This document shows positions 9,798 through 11,875 of a DNA stretch of 11,875 bases, one piece after another. The notes under the pieces were generated by a model. That model ran no database searches. It was not told the DNA's origin and saw nothing but the letters and a program-made list of their open reading frames with translations. The DNA lies in contig JAQGDQ010001880.1 in the NCBI GenBank assembly GCA_030141605.1, positions 10,645 through 22,519 on the forward strand. The letters run 5' to 3'. The stretch's first letter is position 1, and each line of letters opens with the position of its first letter. The DNA is from Tubiluchus corallicola (taxonomy: Eukaryota > Animalia > Priapulida). The position numbers and the translations under genes are program-made.

Positions 9798-11875
9798 ATA
9801 GGTACTGTAAGTACTGTGGGATGAGAAAGCCACGCATCTTTTCATCAACAAGTGCATAAGTTGGAAACTAGGTTGGATAGGTACTGTTAGTACTGTGGGA
9901 TGGAAAAGCCACACATCTGTCCATCAACAAGTGCATAAGTTGGAAACTAGGTTGAATAGGTACTGTTAGTACTGTGGGATGGGAAAGCCACGCATCTGTC
10001 CTTCAACAAGTGCATGAGTTGGAAACTAGGTTGAATAGGTACTGTAAGTACTGCAGGATGGGAAAGCCATGCATCTGTCCATCAACAAGTGCATAAGTTG
10101 GAAACTAGGTTGAATAGGTACTGTAAGTACTGCAGGATGGGAAAGCCACGCATCTGTCCTACAACAAGTGCATAAGTTGGAAACTAGGTTGAATAAGTAC
10201 TGTAAGTACTGTGGGATGGAAAAGCCACGCATCTGTCCTTCAACAAGTGCATAAGTTGGAAACTAGGTTGAATAGGTACTGTAAGTACTGGGGGATGGAA
10301 AAGCCACCCATATGTCCTTCAACAAGTGCATAAGTTGGAAACTCGGTTGTATAGGTGCTGTAAGTACTGTGGGATGGGAAAGCCGCGCATCTATCCATCA
10401 ACAAGAGCATAAGTTGGAAACTAGGTTGAATAAGTACTGTAAGTACTGTGGGATGGAAAAGCCACGCATCTGTCCTTCAACAAGTGCATAAGTTGGAAAC
10501 TAGGTTGAATAGGTACTGTAAGTACTGGGGGATGGAAAAGCCACGCATCTGTCCTACAACAAGTGCATAAGTTGGAAACTAGGTTGAATAAGTACTGTAA
10601 GTACTGTGGGATGGAAAAGCCACGCATCTGTCCTTCAACAAGTGCATAAGTTGGAAACTAGGTTGAATAGGTACTGTAAGTACTGGGGGATGGAAAAGCC
10701 ACCCATATGTCCTTCAACAAGTGCATAAGTTGGAAACTCGGTTGAATAGGTGCTGTAAGTACTGTGGGATGGGAAAGCCGCGCATCTATCCATCAACAAG
10801 AGCATAAGTTGGAAACTAGGTTGAATAAGTACTGTAAGTACTGTGGGATGGAAAAGCCACGCATCTGTCCTACAACAAGTGCATAAGTTGGAAACTAGGT
10901 TGAATAAGTACTGTAAGTACTGTGGGATGGAAAAGCCACGCATCTGTCCTTCAACAAGTGCATAAGTTGGAAACTAGGTTGAATAGGTACTGTAAGTACT
11001 GGGGGATGGAAAAGCCACCCATATGTCCTTCAACAAGTGCATAAGTTGGAAACTCGGTTGAATAGGTGCTGTAAGTACTGTGGGATGGGAAAGCCGCGCA
11101 TCTATCCATCAACAAGAGCATAAGTTGGAAACTAGGTTGAATAAGTACTGTAAGTACTGTGGGATGGAAAAGCCACGCATCTGTCCTACAACAAGTGCAT
11201 AAGTTGGAAACTAGGTTGAATAAGTACTGTAAGTACTGTGGGATGGAAAAGCCACGCATCTGTCCTTCAACAAGTGCATAAGTTGGAAACTAGGTTGAAT
11301 AGGTACTGTAAGTACTGGGGGATGGAAAAGCCACCCATATGTCCTTCAACAAGTGCATAAGTTGGAAACTAGGTTGAATAGGTGCTGTAAGTACTGTGGG
11401 ATGGAAAAGCCACGCATCTGTCCATCAACAAGTGCATAAGTTGGAAACTAGGTTGAATAGGTACTGTTAGTACTGTGGGATGGGAAAGCCACGCATCTGT
11501 CATTCAACAAGTGCATGAGTTGGAAACTAGGTTGAATAGGTACTGTAAGTACTGCAGGATGGGAAAGCCATGCATCTGTCCATCAACAAGTGCATAAGTT
11601 GGAAACTAGGTTGAATAGGTACTGTAAGTACTGCAGGATGGGAAAGCCACGCATCTGTCCTACAACAAGTGCATAAGTTGGAAACTAGGTTGAATAAGTA
11701 CTGTAAGTACTGTGGGATGGAAAAGCCACGCATCTGTCCTTCAACAAGTGCATAAGTTGGAAACTAGGTTGAATAGGTACTGTAAGTACTGGGGGATGGA
11801 AAAGCCACCCATATGTCCTTCAACAAGTGCATAAGTTGGAAACTCGGTTGAATAGGTGCTGTAAGTACTGTGGGA
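9788..11875. repeat. 79-bp satellite array, right segment (26 full monomers plus partials; runs off the window)
   Basis: Monomers start at 9793 + 79n. No indels seen, only point variants. Higher-order duplications at 316 bp and 1501 bp offsets. Confidence 0.98.

Noticed and set aside
8938-9854. 67-bp target-site duplication around the LINE fragment (formal alternative to a 12-bp deletion)
   Set aside because: The flanking monomers differ at several positions and are no more alike than other monomers.
8618-11733. Family of minus-strand 68-102 aa ORFs (MRGFSIPQYLQ...)
   Set aside because: These are translations of the 79-bp monomer cycling through frames. Their identity just reflects the satellite and its HORs.
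8543-11875. CRISPR array next to an RT (repeat contains GTTGGAAAC / GTTGAA, reminiscent of CRISPR repeat ends)
   Set aside because: The whole 79 bp is repeated with no unique spacers, there are no cas genes, and the RT is LINE-type in a eukaryote-like context.
8543-11875. Hammerhead ribozyme satellite (as in newt, schistosome and cricket satellites)
   Set aside because: No CTGANGA core on either strand (closest is CTGTAAG), although GAAA is present. Other folds are not excluded without a covariance-model search.

Overview
AT-rich, repeat-dense, essentially gene-free DNA that looks eukaryotic (probably an invertebrate animal; this is an inference). From left to right: a (GGTGT)-derived G/T-rich simple repeat (1-~507); a perfect (TTA)27 microsatellite; two arrays of one 25-26 bp minisatellite (~951-1143, 3619-4112); a possible decayed coding segment (~4694-5205); a ~720 bp MITE-like element with long imperfect inverted arms (6611-7332); a cluster of CAAGATGGC motifs; and a 79-bp satellite array (8543 to the window end, ~32 monomers) with higher-order repeat structure. 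The array is interrupted by a 788-bp, stop-free C-terminal fragment of a CR1/L2-type non-LTR retrotransposon ORF2 (RT thumb region). This fragment has no poly(A) tail or TSD, and its stop codon is supplied by the satellite. The monomer contains a short hairpin whose variants look partly compensatory on the RT sense strand. This raises the unproven possibility of a LINE-linked structured-RNA satellite. Most ORFs in the supplied track are repeat artefacts.
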